A stretch of DNA of 64,000 nt from assembly GCA_947629445.1 (NCBI GenBank), contig CANRDU010000003.1, positions 582-64,581 of the forward strand, in the 5' to 3' direction. Every line of letters starts with the position of its first letter. The stretch's first letter is position 1. Below, piece by piece: positions 19,102 to 29,200 of this stretch. Under the pieces are notes generated by a model that worked only from the letters and a program-made list of their open reading frames with translations, made no database searches and had not been told where the DNA came from. Position numbers and translations under genes: made by a program. The stretch comes from an uncultured Bacilli bacterium. Its GTDB lineage: Bacteria > Bacillota_I > Bacilli_A > RF39 > UBA660.

Positions 19102-19848
19102 ATGAAGAATACGTTAAAAAAGGGTTCAAAGAAAACAGTCAATTCTAGAATTGCTAGACAGGCTCAAGAAGTAAAAAAGAAAAAAAAGCAAAAGCGCAAG
19201 TTAAAATTACAAAAAATTTTTCTAGGACTCCTTGGTATTCTTGTTCTAATGGTAGTTGGTTGGTGCTTATTACAAGTGAAAATTCGCTCTATCGTTATTG
19301 TCGGGAATGAATGGTTATCGGATCAAGAAATTATTGATTTAGCAGGTATTCGGGACTATCCTAGTACTTTCAAAAATCCTTTTTGGAGGATAGAGAAAAA
19401 ATTAGAGGAAAATGATATGATTGCATCAGCTACTGTTCGTAAGAAAAATTTTTTCACAGGGGTAGTGATTACGGTAGATGAGAATTTACCACTATTCTAC
19501 TATGCTCCGTATGAAAAAACGGTGTTAGAAGACGGTTCACAAATTGATGGTACCTATTTTGTTCCTACCCTATTAAATAAAATACCAGAAGATGTCTACC
19601 AGGACTTTTTAAAGGATATGGCGGGAGTTCCTAAAGATGTCTTACGGAAAATGTCAGAGATAGAGTATAAGGCGAATGATGGCGAAAATTTATTTTTTAT
19701 TTCGATGAATGACGGGATTTATGTTCATATATCCAGTGGTACTTTTTCAGAGATTTATGATTATTTAGATATTGTTTCTAGAATTGGAAATAATAAGGGT
19801 GTTTTACATTTAGAAAGAGGAAAATATTTAGAACCAATAGAGGAATAA
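19102..19848 (+). CDS. divIB: Cell division protein DivIB/FtsQ
   Basis: Basic N-tail, TM, POTRA (IVIVGNEWLS); lies between murB and ftsA. Confidence 0.85.
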   Translation: MKNTLKKGSKKTVNSRIARQAQEVKKKKKQKRKLKLQKIFLGLLGILVLMVVGWCLLQVKIRSIVIVGNEWLSDQEIIDLAGIRDYPSTFKNPFWRIEKKLEENDMIASATVRKKNFFTGVVITVDENLPLFYYAPYEKTVLEDGSQIDGTYFVPTLLNKIPEDVYQDFLKDMAGVPKDVLRKMSEIEYKANDGENLFFISMNDGIYVHISSGTFSEIYDYLDIVSRIGNNKGVLHLERGKYLEPIEE

Positions 19849-19937
19849 TGGTTCCTCTTTTTTTTGAATTCCCCTAATTTCTTTTACTTTTTTGGATTTT
19901 TATAGTATAATGGTACTAGATTGTAGGAGATGATGAT

Positions 19938-21188
19938 ATGAAGCACATTTATACTAGCGTGGATATTGGTTCAGATAGTATAAAGGTTGTTGTTTGTGAA
20001 CTTTATCAAAACAAACTCAATTTGCTTGCTGCATCTTCTAAAGAAGCAAAAGGAATTAAAAAAGGTTTGATTACGAATGGGGAAGAAGCGGTATCTTCTA
20101 TTCGAAGTGCTTTAGCAGAGGTAGAGGGTATTTTAGGAATTCCTATTCATAGGGTAATCGTTTCTGTACCTGCCTATTTTGCAGAATATTCTATCGTAAA
20201 AGGGGCTATTGCTATTGATCCTAATCGCGGGGTTGTAACCGCTAATGATATTGAGCAAGTATGTACGCAGGCGATTACTTCGAAACCACTAGAAAATAGA
20301 GAGTTTGTAACGATGCTCCCTGTCGATTTTAAGGTAGATGATAAAGTTGGTATTAAAGATCCTACCAATATAGAAGGTTCTTCTTTAAGTGTAAGAGGAG
20401 TTTTAGTTTCTACCCCTAAAAAGAATGTTTACTCTGTATTAAGTGTATTTGATAGTTTAGGAGTAGAAGTAGTAGATATTACCACCAATAGTATTGGTGA
20501 TATGTATGCATTCCGTAGTCGCGATACTGATACCAAAATTGGTACTATTATCAATATTGGAAGTGAAACTACGACGGTATCTTTGTACAATAAGGGAATT
20601 ATTGTGAAGAGTTCTATTATTCCTATGGGTGGAAAGAACATTGATAATGATATTTGCTATATGTACAAAACAGATGCTAAAACTTCTAAAAAATTGAAAC
20701 ATCATTTCGCTTTAGCTCATAAAAGAAATGCGAATACAGGGGACACTTATGAGATTTCAACGTCGCTTGATAAATCCTTAAAAATTAACCAGTTCGAGGT
20801 TTCTGAGATTGTTTCTTCAAGGTTAGAAGAGATTTTAAATCTCGTAAAAAAAGAGTTGAATATATTGACAAGCAAGCAAATTGATTATATGATAATAACA
20901 GGTGGAACTAGTAATATGGTAGATATTGAGTATATTGCTGCTGAGGTTTTAGGAAGAAATGTCAGCATAGGCAGTATTCGATTACTAGGTATAAGAGATA
21001 ATAAATATTCATCATGTGTAGGAAATATTGTTCACTTTATTAGTCAATTAAAACTAAAGGGGCAAAACTATTCGATGATTGAAAATGAGGAAGCTTCGAA
21101 ACTCGCAACCGTTAGAAAAACTTCCGTAGAATCATCACATGAAAGCATGTTAGGAAAACTTTATGGATATTTTTTTAGCGAACAATAG
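19938..21188 (+). CDS. ftsA: Cell division protein FtsA
   Basis: VDIGSDSIK, GIKKGLI, ITGGTS, C-terminal amphipathic helix; upstream of ftsZ. Confidence 0.95.
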   Translation: MKHIYTSVDIGSDSIKVVVCELYQNKLNLLAASSKEAKGIKKGLITNGEEAVSSIRSALAEVEGILGIPIHRVIVSVPAYFAEYSIVKGAIAIDPNRGVVTANDIEQVCTQAITSKPLENREFVTMLPVDFKVDDKVGIKDPTNIEGSSLSVRGVLVSTPKKNVYSVLSVFDSLGVEVVDITTNSIGDMYAFRSRDTDTKIGTIINIGSETTTVSLYNKGIIVKSSIIPMGGKNIDNDICYMYKTDAKTSKKLKHHFALAHKRNANTGDTYEISTSLDKSLKINQFEVSEIVSSRLEEILNLVKKELNILTSKQIDYMIITGGTSNMVDIEYIAAEVLGRNVSIGSIRLLGIRDNKYSSCVGNIVHFISQLKLKGQNYSMIENEEASKLATVRKTSVESSHESMLGKLYGYFFSEQ

Positions 21189-21201
21189 GAGGTTATAAGT
21201 T

Positions 21202-22293
21202 ATGTTTGGATTAGAAATGGATCAGATAGCAAAAATAAAGGTAATAGGTATCGGTGGTGGCGGAAATAACGCTGTTAACCGTATGATAGATTCTGGTGTT
21301 AAGGGAGTAGAATTCATTGTTGCTAATACAGACTTGCAAGTGTTGAATTGCTCTAAGGCTCCTGTTAAAATTCAAATTGGAGAAAGTCTAACTGGCGGAA
21401 GAGGTGCTGGTGCAAAACCAGATATCGGAAGAGAAGCTGCCCTAGAAAGTAAAAAAGAAATTGAAGAGGCTCTACGTGGTGCGGATATGGTTTTCGTTAC
21501 TTGCGGTATGGGAGGAGGAACTGGTACGGGAGCTGCTCCTGTTGTTGCTCAAATTGCTCAAGAACTAGGTGCTCTTACTGTAGGTATTGTTACAAAACCA
21601 TTCTCATTTGAGGGTAAAAAAAGAATGGAACAAGCAATTGCTGGGTTGGAGGAACTTAAAAAGAATGTAGATACTCTTATCGTTATTCCAAATGATCGTT
21701 TAAGAGAGATTATTGATAAACAAACACCATTACTTGATTCTTTCAAAGAAGTAGATAATGTTCTTCGTAGAGGAGTTCAATCTATTTCTGACTTAATTGC
21801 AGTTGCAGGACTTATTAACCTTGATTTTGCCGATGTTAAGACAGTTATGGAAAAACGTGGAAGTGCTCTTATCGGTATTGGAATTGGTGTTGGCGAAAAT
21901 CGTGCGACAGAAGCTGCTCGTCAAGCAGTATCTAGTCCACTTCTTGAAACTAGTATTAGTGGAGCTACCGATGCTATTATCAATGTAACAGGTGGTAACA
22001 ATTTAACATTATTCGAAGTAGAAGAGGCTAACGAAGTAATTCGTACGAGTGCTAATACCGATATGAATACTATCTTCGGTGCGGTTATTAATGAAAATTT
22101 ATCAGATGAAATTATCGTAACGGTTATTGCTACAGGATTTGATCAAGAAACAGAACCTTTATATCACTCTTATGCAAAACCGGAAACGCAACAGACGTCA
22201 TCTCGTCGTATTGATTTAACAGATAACGATGATGATGACGATGATGACGATGATATTATTCCATCATTCTTAAAGAAAAGAGGAGGCTTTTAG
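21202..22293 (+). CDS. ftsZ: Cell division protein FtsZ
   Basis: [26 protein letters not shown]-terminal IPSFL. Confidence 0.99.
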   Translation: MFGLEMDQIAKIKVIGIGGGGNNAVNRMIDSGVKGVEFIVANTDLQVLNCSKAPVKIQIGESLTGGRGAGAKPDIGREAALESKKEIEEALRGADMVFVTCGMGGGTGTGAAPVVAQIAQELGALTVGIVTKPFSFEGKKRMEQAIAGLEELKKNVDTLIVIPNDRLREIIDKQTPLLDSFKEVDNVLRRGVQSISDLIAVAGLINLDFADVKTVMEKRGSALIGIGIGVGENRATEAARQAVSSPLLETSISGATDAIINVTGGNNLTLFEVEEANEVIRTSANTDMNTIFGAVINENLSDEIIVTVIATGFDQETEPLYHSYAKPETQQTSSRRIDLTDNDDDDDDDDDIIPSFLKKRGGF

Positions 22294-22314
22294 TCTCTTT
22301 TTTTTGAATTTAAA

Positions 22315-22348
22315 ATCGACATATTTTCTCTACTAATTATTCTATAAT
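22315..22348 (+). promoter_or_regulatory. spoIIG-type promoter with candidate Spo0A box
   Basis: ATCGACA (6/7 match to reverse 0A box TTCGACA), 21-bp spacer, TATAAT; resembles the long-spacer Spo0A-activated spoIIG/spoIIE promoters of B. subtilis. Confidence 0.55.
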
Positions 22349-22363
22349 GATAGTGGTGATGCC

Positions 22364-23143
22364 ATGAAAATATATTTAGATCTTCTTCTTCTTTTTAATT
22401 TTTTAATTGATTTATTATTACTTCTTAGTGTTGCATCCATTCTAAAGCGAAGAGTTAGTTTTTATCGGTTGGTAGGTAGCGCTTTTCTTGGAAGTTTTAG
22501 TGTTTTTTTTCTCTTTTTGCCACTTTCTAATTTTGTTTTACTTTTTCTAAAATTTGGGATGAGTATGATGATGATTTTGGTAGCATATTCCTACCGTGAT
22601 ATACGAACCTTTCTTAAAAATCTAGGATATTTTTATTTTGCTAGTATTCTATTAGGTGGTTCTATTTATTTATGGAATTCCACTTTTTCATTCGGGGGTA
22701 TTCAAAATTCGTTTGTTTCTAATTCTTATCAATTAAATTTTTTTGGCTTACTATTTTTATCGCCCATTATCATTGCTTACTATGTACGAAAGATGAAAGG
22801 GGTGAAAGAACAGTATGCTTTCTATCAAAAAGTGAGGATGTTAGTGGATCATCATGCCATTAGTGGTGTTGGATATGCCGATAGTGGAAATACCTTAACC
22901 TATAAAAAGAAACCGGTAATTTTAGCTCGTAAAAATTTGTTAGAAAATAAAAATGCTTCTATCTATCTTCCTTATCAAACGGCTTTAGGAATAGGAATGT
23001 TAGCGTGTTTTCCGGTTGAGGAAGTATATCTTGATAATAAAGTCTATAAAAATATTTATGTAGGTATTATGCAAGAAGATATTTTAATGGATGGAGTCGA
23101 TTTTCTTCTTCATCAAACTATGATAGGAGGACTATATGATTAA
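22364..23143 (+). CDS. spoIIGA: Pro-sigmaE processing peptidase SpoIIGA
   Basis: IYLDL..LFNFLID, about 5 TM, catalytic DSGN; between ftsZ and sigE. Confidence 0.9.
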   Translation: MKIYLDLLLLFNFLIDLLLLLSVASILKRRVSFYRLVGSAFLGSFSVFFLFLPLSNFVLLFLKFGMSMMMILVAYSYRDIRTFLKNLGYFYFASILLGGSIYLWNSTFSFGGIQNSFVSNSYQLNFFGLLFLSPIIIAYYVRKMKGVKEQYAFYQKVRMLVDHHAISGVGYADSGNTLTYKKKPVILARKNLLENKNASIYLPYQTALGIGMLACFPVEEVYLDNKVYKNIYVGIMQEDILMDGVDFLLHQTMIGGLYD

Positions 23144-23810
23144 AAAAATTTGGCAGTATTTAAAAAAATTATTTTTAAAACCAATTTATTTTGTCGGTAG
23201 TTTGGATAAGTTACCAGAACCTCTTTCTAAAGAACAGGAACTTTATTACATTCAAAAAGGGGATGAGGAAGCCAAAGCGAAATTAATTGAACATAATCTA
23301 AGATTAGTGGTCTTTCTAGCTAAAAAATATGAAAATACAGGCATTGATTTAGAAGATTTAGTAAGCATTGGGACGATTGGTCTTATTAAAGGAATTAATA
23401 CGTATAATTTAGATAAAAATATTAAACTCGCAACCTATGCCTCTCGTTGTATTGATAATGAAATTTTAATGTTTTTACGAAAAAATAAAAAAAGGAGAAG
23501 TGAGATTAGTTTTGAAGATAGTTTAAGTTTTGATTCCGAGGGGAATGAACTACATTTAGAAGATATTTTAGGAACGGATGATGATATTGTCACAAGAGGA
23601 ATCGAAAGAGAAACAGAGAAAAAATTGATGTATGCAGAGATAGAAAAATTAAGTGAGCGAGATAAAGAAATTATGATGTTACGGTATGGCTTAAATCATC
23701 ATGAAGAGATGACTCAAAAAGAAGTAGCGGCTACTTTAGGTATTAGCCAATCTTATATCTCACGAATCGAAAAGAAAGTTATCAATCGACTAAAATATTT
23801 ATATAAATAG
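23136..23810 (+). CDS. sigE: Sporulation sigma factor SigE
   Basis: LIEHNLRLVV, DLVSIGTIGLIKG, IKLATYASRCIDNEILM, LGISQSYISRIEK; directly after spoIIGA. Confidence 0.9.
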   Translation: MIKKIWQYLKKLFLKPIYFVGSLDKLPEPLSKEQELYYIQKGDEEAKAKLIEHNLRLVVFLAKKYENTGIDLEDLVSIGTIGLIKGINTYNLDKNIKLATYASRCIDNEILMFLRKNKKRRSEISFEDSLSFDSEGNELHLEDILGTDDDIVTRGIERETEKKLMYAEIEKLSERDKEIMMLRYGLNHHEEMTQKEVAATLGISQSYISRIEKKVINRLKYLYK

Positions 23811-23828
23811 TAATTTTCCATTTTTTTC

Positions 23829-23858
23829 TTGACACTATTTTTTAATATTTTGTATAAT
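23829..23858 (+). promoter_or_regulatory. SigA-type promoter
   Basis: TTGACA-N18-TATAAT. Confidence 0.7.
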
Positions 23859-23892
23859 GAAATTAGGATGAGTGTTCATCATGGGAGGTTTT

Positions 23893-24399
23893 ATGAAAAA
23901 CAGAAATTGGAAATGGATTTTGCTAATAACGATTGGTGTTTTATTGATTAGTGGGGCTTATTCTCTATTCATTGGAAATGAATATGCGGTTACTTTTGAT
24001 ACAAAAGGTGGAACTTTCGTGGAAACTCAGTATGTGAAAACAGGAGAAAAAGTCGTTCTCCCAGAACCGCCAACGAAAGAAGGATATCGATTCATTGAAT
24101 GGCAACAGGATGGCAAGACTTTTGATTTTTCTACGGAAGTGAGAGATGAAATTACTCTTACCGCCCTTTGGCAAAAGATTGGGGAATCAGACAGTTTATA
24201 TTACGAGGTTACTTTTATGGATGGGGAAGAGATGATAACCACGCAATATATATTCCCAGGAGGGCTAGTAACAGAGCCAGAATCACCAACAAAAGAAGGA
24301 TATACTTTTAAAGGATGGTATTATCATGATAAACTCTTTGATTTTACAAAATATGTTTCACAAGATATCGTGTTGGAAGCAAAATGGGATAAGATTTAA
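23893..24399 (+). CDS. InlB B-repeat (Flg_new) surface protein
   Basis: TM anchor plus two VTF...P..PTKEGY.F..W...FDF...I.L.A.W repeats; start taken as ATG 23893 after GGAGG. Confidence 0.88.
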   Translation: MKNRNWKWILLITIGVLLISGAYSLFIGNEYAVTFDTKGGTFVETQYVKTGEKVVLPEPPTKEGYRFIEWQQDGKTFDFSTEVRDEITLTALWQKIGESDSLYYEVTFMDGEEMITTQYIFPGGLVTEPESPTKEGYTFKGWYYHDKLFDFTKYVSQDIVLEAKWDKI

Positions 24400-24569
24400 G
24401 AGAAAGAGAAATAAGAAACTACTTATTTCTTTTTTTGATGACTAAATTTCCTAAAAAATAACAAAATTTGCTTGATTTCGTTAAAAAAAAAGAAAAATGT
24501 GATATAATGAAACCAGAAATGCTATCAGGCAAGATGTTCCACGATAGTGTTTTGGAAAGGAGTAAGAAC

Positions 24570-26237
24570 ATGGCAAACAAAACAACAAAGAATAAGAAGG
24601 TTTCTAATGCGTCAAAAGATACTGCCCCTAAGAAAGTATCTGCTAACGCAAAATCTTCTCGTGAGGAAAGCAACGTAAAAGAACAGAAGATTTCTCAAGA
24701 AGAAAAAATTGTCAAAGAGGAAAAAGTAGAAAAAGTAGTAAATGACAAAAAGTCTTCTTCTGAGAAAAAAGTAGAATCCGTAAAAGAACATCCTCACGAA
24801 GCAAAAAGTGTAAGAGAAAGTAACACTTCTAAGTATGAAGAAGAAAGTCAAGATTCTTCTATTATTTGGAAAGTCATTGCTGGCATTGCTATTTTAGCAG
24901 TTGTCCTATTCTTAATTGTTAAGGGATGTGGACGTAGCAAAGAATTTGAAGTTACTTTTGATACACAGGGTGGTTCTGAAGTGACATCTATTACAGTTAA
25001 GAAAGATGACACTATTAAAGAACCAGAAATCCCTACAAAAGAAGGATACATATTTGAGGGTTGGTATTATGAAAATCAAAAATTTGACTTTGATACAAAA
25101 ATAAAAGAGGATATCACACTAGTAGCAAAATGGTCTCTAGCGGATAATCTCGAATTAAAGGTAAAGGAAATGTCTCTTCAAATTGGTGATAAAACGAATT
25201 TGACAGTTACGAATTTACCATCAGGAGTATCAAGCAAAGATTTGGTTTGGACGTCTAGTGATGAAAGTGTTGTTACTGTCGATCAAAACGGTAATGTGAA
25301 AGCTCTTAAAGCAGGTACTGCTAATATTACTTTAAAGACTAGTGATGGTAAGTATAGTGTAACTTGTAAGGTTACTGTAGTATCTGAAAAGATTTCTCCA
25401 AGTAGTGTTTCTATTAGTGGAAATAGTGTTGTCGCACCAGGAGATAGTTTAAAACTTAGAGCAGTCATTAAACCAAGTAATGCGACAAACCAAAATGTTA
25501 CATGGTCAAGTAGTGATGCTAGTATTGCCACTGTCGATGAAGATGGTAATGTGAAGGCTCTTAAAGAGGGTACTGTAACAATTACGGTTACGACAGAAGA
25601 TGGTAAGAAAACAGCTTCTAAGAAAATTACTGTTAGTGCTCAAAAAGGAACATCTTCTAACAATAATTCTGGAAGTAACAATAACAAGAAAGTATCTGTA
25701 ACAGATGTCACTATTAATAGTAGTGATAAAACTATGACGGTAGGCGATAAAGCTACGTTAAAAGTTACCATTAAACCAAGTAATGCTACTAACAAGAAAG
25801 TAACATGGAAGAGTAGTAATCCATCTGTAGTATCTGTAGATGCTAATGGAAATATTAAAGCTCTAAGAAAAGGTACTGTTCGTATTACCGTTACGACAGA
25901 AGATGGTAAAAAAGTAGATAGTATTGTTGTTACTGTTAAAGAAAAAACAGCTAGTTACGAAATGACATTAAGTGCTTTGGTAGGGGCAAATGGAGACGTT
26001 GCTCAATATGAAGTTGCTATTACCAAAGATGGAAAACCGCTTGCAGATTCAGATTATACAAAAGTTGTTTTCAAAGCTGGTAGTGAAGAAGTAGTGTTTA
26101 GAACTAAAAATCCTACTCTTCAACACGGAAGATTCAGTAATACTAGTTCTATTACAAAGGGAACCATTACCCTTGCTGATGGAAAAACTAGTACTATAAC
26201 CATTAGATGGGGAAAAGATAAAAACCGTGAATTATAA
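24570..26237 (+). CDS. Membrane-anchored adhesin-like protein: InlB B-repeat plus 3 Big_2 Ig-like domains
   Basis: K/E-rich N-tail, TM, PTKEGYIFEGW repeat, three W.SS..S...VD..GN.KAL..GT..IT..T.DG repeats; start taken as ATG 24570 after AAAGGAG. Confidence 0.88.
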   Translation: MANKTTKNKKVSNASKDTAPKKVSANAKSSREESNVKEQKISQEEKIVKEEKVEKVVNDKKSSSEKKVESVKEHPHEAKSVRESNTSKYEEESQDSSIIWKVIAGIAILAVVLFLIVKGCGRSKEFEVTFDTQGGSEVTSITVKKDDTIKEPEIPTKEGYIFEGWYYENQKFDFDTKIKEDITLVAKWSLADNLELKVKEMSLQIGDKTNLTVTNLPSGVSSKDLVWTSSDESVVTVDQNGNVKALKAGTANITLKTSDGKYSVTCKVTVVSEKISPSSVSISGNSVVAPGDSLKLRAVIKPSNATNQNVTWSSSDASIATVDEDGNVKALKEGTVTITVTTEDGKKTASKKITVSAQKGTSSNNNSGSNNNKKVSVTDVTINSSDKTMTVGDKATLKVTIKPSNATNKKVTWKSSNPSVVSVDANGNIKALRKGTVRITVTTEDGKKVDSIVVTVKEKTASYEMTLSALVGANGDVAQYEVAITKDGKPLADSDYTKVVFKAGSEEVVFRTKNPTLQHGRFSNTSSITKGTITLADGKTSTITIRWGKDKNREL

Positions 26238-26273
26238 AATATTCAAAATAAAATGATAGAAAGGAAGAAAAAA

Positions 26274-29200
26274 ATGAAAAATAAGATTGGCAAATGGTTT
26301 GTTTTCGCAATCTTAGGATTTCTTGCATCAACCATATCTGTTCATGCGTTAAGTTATGATATAACAGATCCAAATTCATTTAGTGCAATGATGGATAAAT
26401 ATGACAGTACTACACAAAGTATTTATGTCATTGGATCTTATGTTTTTACAACGAAACATACATTGACGACTCAAGATATGATGTTAGCTGCTTTGAGCAT
26501 CGATTTAACAGATGCGGAAGGCGATAGAATCAAAGATTCAGAGGCTTATAACAAAATGACTATCTTCAAGTTGGAACGTGATTATGATGAAGAAACTGAT
26601 GAGCCAACTGGAACATGGACAGTCGTAAACAATTATGTTGGATCTGACAGTCTCAAAGAAAACAAATTAGTCGATGTCACATATGTTGATTATGAAAAAG
26701 TTCAAGGAGAATCTTCATTATCTGTAACTTTTGATGCTTCTCAAGATATGATAGATGATTTAACACCATGGGGTTATCATGTAGTTTTAGAGAATCAAAA
26801 AAATATTACAGTAACTCCAAGTGAAGAAGATCCTACTGTAGTTAAGTTAGGTGGAAAAGTTTATTATCTTCCAGAAATAGATAACTGGGAAGAAGATAAA
26901 CAAACTGGATACTATCTAGCTTTTGAAGTAAAAATTCCAGAGGAATATAAAGGAAAAGCACAGTGGTGGCTTAGTGAGGATAACAAATTAACTCATGATG
27001 GCAGAAACTATGCTGTTTATAGCCTTTCAAAAGATGCTTCAGAAAAATCATTTGAAGTTTGGGTAGATTTTGATGGTGACGGAGAAGAATATGAAGCTAC
27101 TTCTTATGTATTTGATTATTCAGATATAGAGTTTGTAGCACAAGCATCTAAAGCAAAAATATCTGCAAGTACGACAGATTCAGAAGTATTAAACGTATAT
27201 AAAGATGCTTTACATATCTTCCCAGAAGATTTTGTAACGATTACAAATGATAATAAAATTACAGGAGATATTCATTATAATCCAGATGTAGCAGTTGATC
27301 CTACAAAGGATAGTAAAACAAATTATTATATTCCTGTAATTGTTGAAATTGATAAAGAATATGCGGGAAAGGCAACCATTACTACAACAAATAATGGTGA
27401 ACCAAAATCAACTACTTTCCAAGCTAGTGCTGATAATGCTGATAAAAACATGATGGCACTTTTATTCACAGTATCAAAAACTGATACAGATAAAACATTT
27501 ACAATTACAATTGATTTAGATGGTGCAGAGGGAAACTTTGAACCAGTTGATTACGTATTTGATTATACGGATGCTAATTTCTTAGAAGTACCAACAGCTA
27601 GTGTTAGTGCAGAAGGTGCTACAGAGAATCAAGCAAAATATGCAAGTATAATTGAAGAACAATTTAATTTTGAAGGAAACCAAAAAACATTAACAGTTGA
27701 TGTTAAAGATAACAAAGTTACTTTAACAGGAGAATTAGTTAATAAATCTTATCCATTTAATGGAAAATCAAACGAAGATGTTGATGGATATTATTTCCAA
27801 TATGTAATTGAAATTAGTGGGGATGCTAAAGACAGTTCTATTACTATTCCAGCAGAACCAGGTGAAGCAAAAGTTATTAAATATGCTGATTATGATTTCA
27901 AAGATGAAAATGGTAAGAGTGGTATTGTAGTTCTTCATAAATTAAACGAGACAAAAGAAGACAAGACATTTACAGTTACCGTTGATTTAGATGGGGATGG
28001 AGATGCTGATGAAACTTATACATTTGATTATAGTCAGGTAGTACTTGGCGAAGAGTCAAAAGTAACGGTAGTATCAGAATCTAGCAAAATACCTGCTGGT
28101 GATAAAACATCATATGAAGAATGGGGATTCCCTGGTACTGGTTATGATTTAATAACTATTAAAGACAATGTTATTTCAGGTACAATTCCATATGTTGAAC
28201 ATATTTCAACGGATGCCTTCACAGGTGTAGATGTTACAGGAAACTATATGGTTTATGCTATTGAATTACCAGAAGGAAGTAATACAGATGGAAAAGCAGA
28301 AATTAAATTAAGCTGTACAACTGGTACTAATTGTCAAGGTGGTTGGAAAATAGAACCAATTACCGGTGAAACCGTTTCAGTTCTTCATTCTGTTAAAAGA
28401 GATGAAGATGGTAATCTTAAAGATATCGTCGCTTATGTTGACTTAGATGGTTTTGAAAATAATGAAATTTCATCTATGGCTGCTGATGTTGATGCTATCT
28501 ATTTACCTTATGAAATTAGATTAACTTTTGCTGAAGATGTTGTTGTACAAGAAAAATCTTCTGTTGAAGTTTCAACTGACTTAACAGAAGCTCAAGTAAA
28601 AGAATTAACAGATGCATATGGTTATACTGAGAATAAAGAGAAACTAACTGTAACTGAAGAAACACATGCAACTGACAATCTTCCAGTATTTAAGTATTCT
28701 GGAACAATTGATGAACAAGTAGTAAATGCTAATTCTGGTTATGCAGATTTAGAAGCTGGATTCTTTGGATTAGTAATTACACCTAAGACAATTATTCCTA
28801 ATAAGACAACAGTAACTATTGATAAAGCTTCTAATAAAGGTGAAGGTTCAAAGATGATTACTTTCAAGGATAATGAACCATTAGTACTACTTCGTCAAGT
28901 AACTGAAGATGAAGAAATTAAAATTACTGTTGATATCGATGGTAATGAGGATGCTTATTTACCTTATTCATTCTATATTAATTATGAAGGAGTAACGGTT
29001 AATAAAGTTTCTCATGTATCTGTTCCAAATACAATGGATGCTGAAGTATCTAAAAATTTGAAAAGTGTCTTTAATTTTGAAACACCAGCATCTCAAGATG
29101 TAACAGTTACTTACGATGCTGATACGAAGACTATTAAAGTTACTGGTAAAGTTGCTAGAAATACAGAAGTTAAAAATATGGGTGAAAATCCATCTGGATA

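Noticed and set aside
22222-22254. GAT/GAC triplet run in ftsZ
   Set aside because: Encodes the acidic disordered FtsZ linker; in frame, not a phase-variation tract
25240-25910. Three similar nucleotide repeats about 250-300 bp apart
   Set aside because: Explained by in-frame Big_2 domain duplications; no CRISPR spacers and no reverse transcriptase for a diversity-generating retroelement
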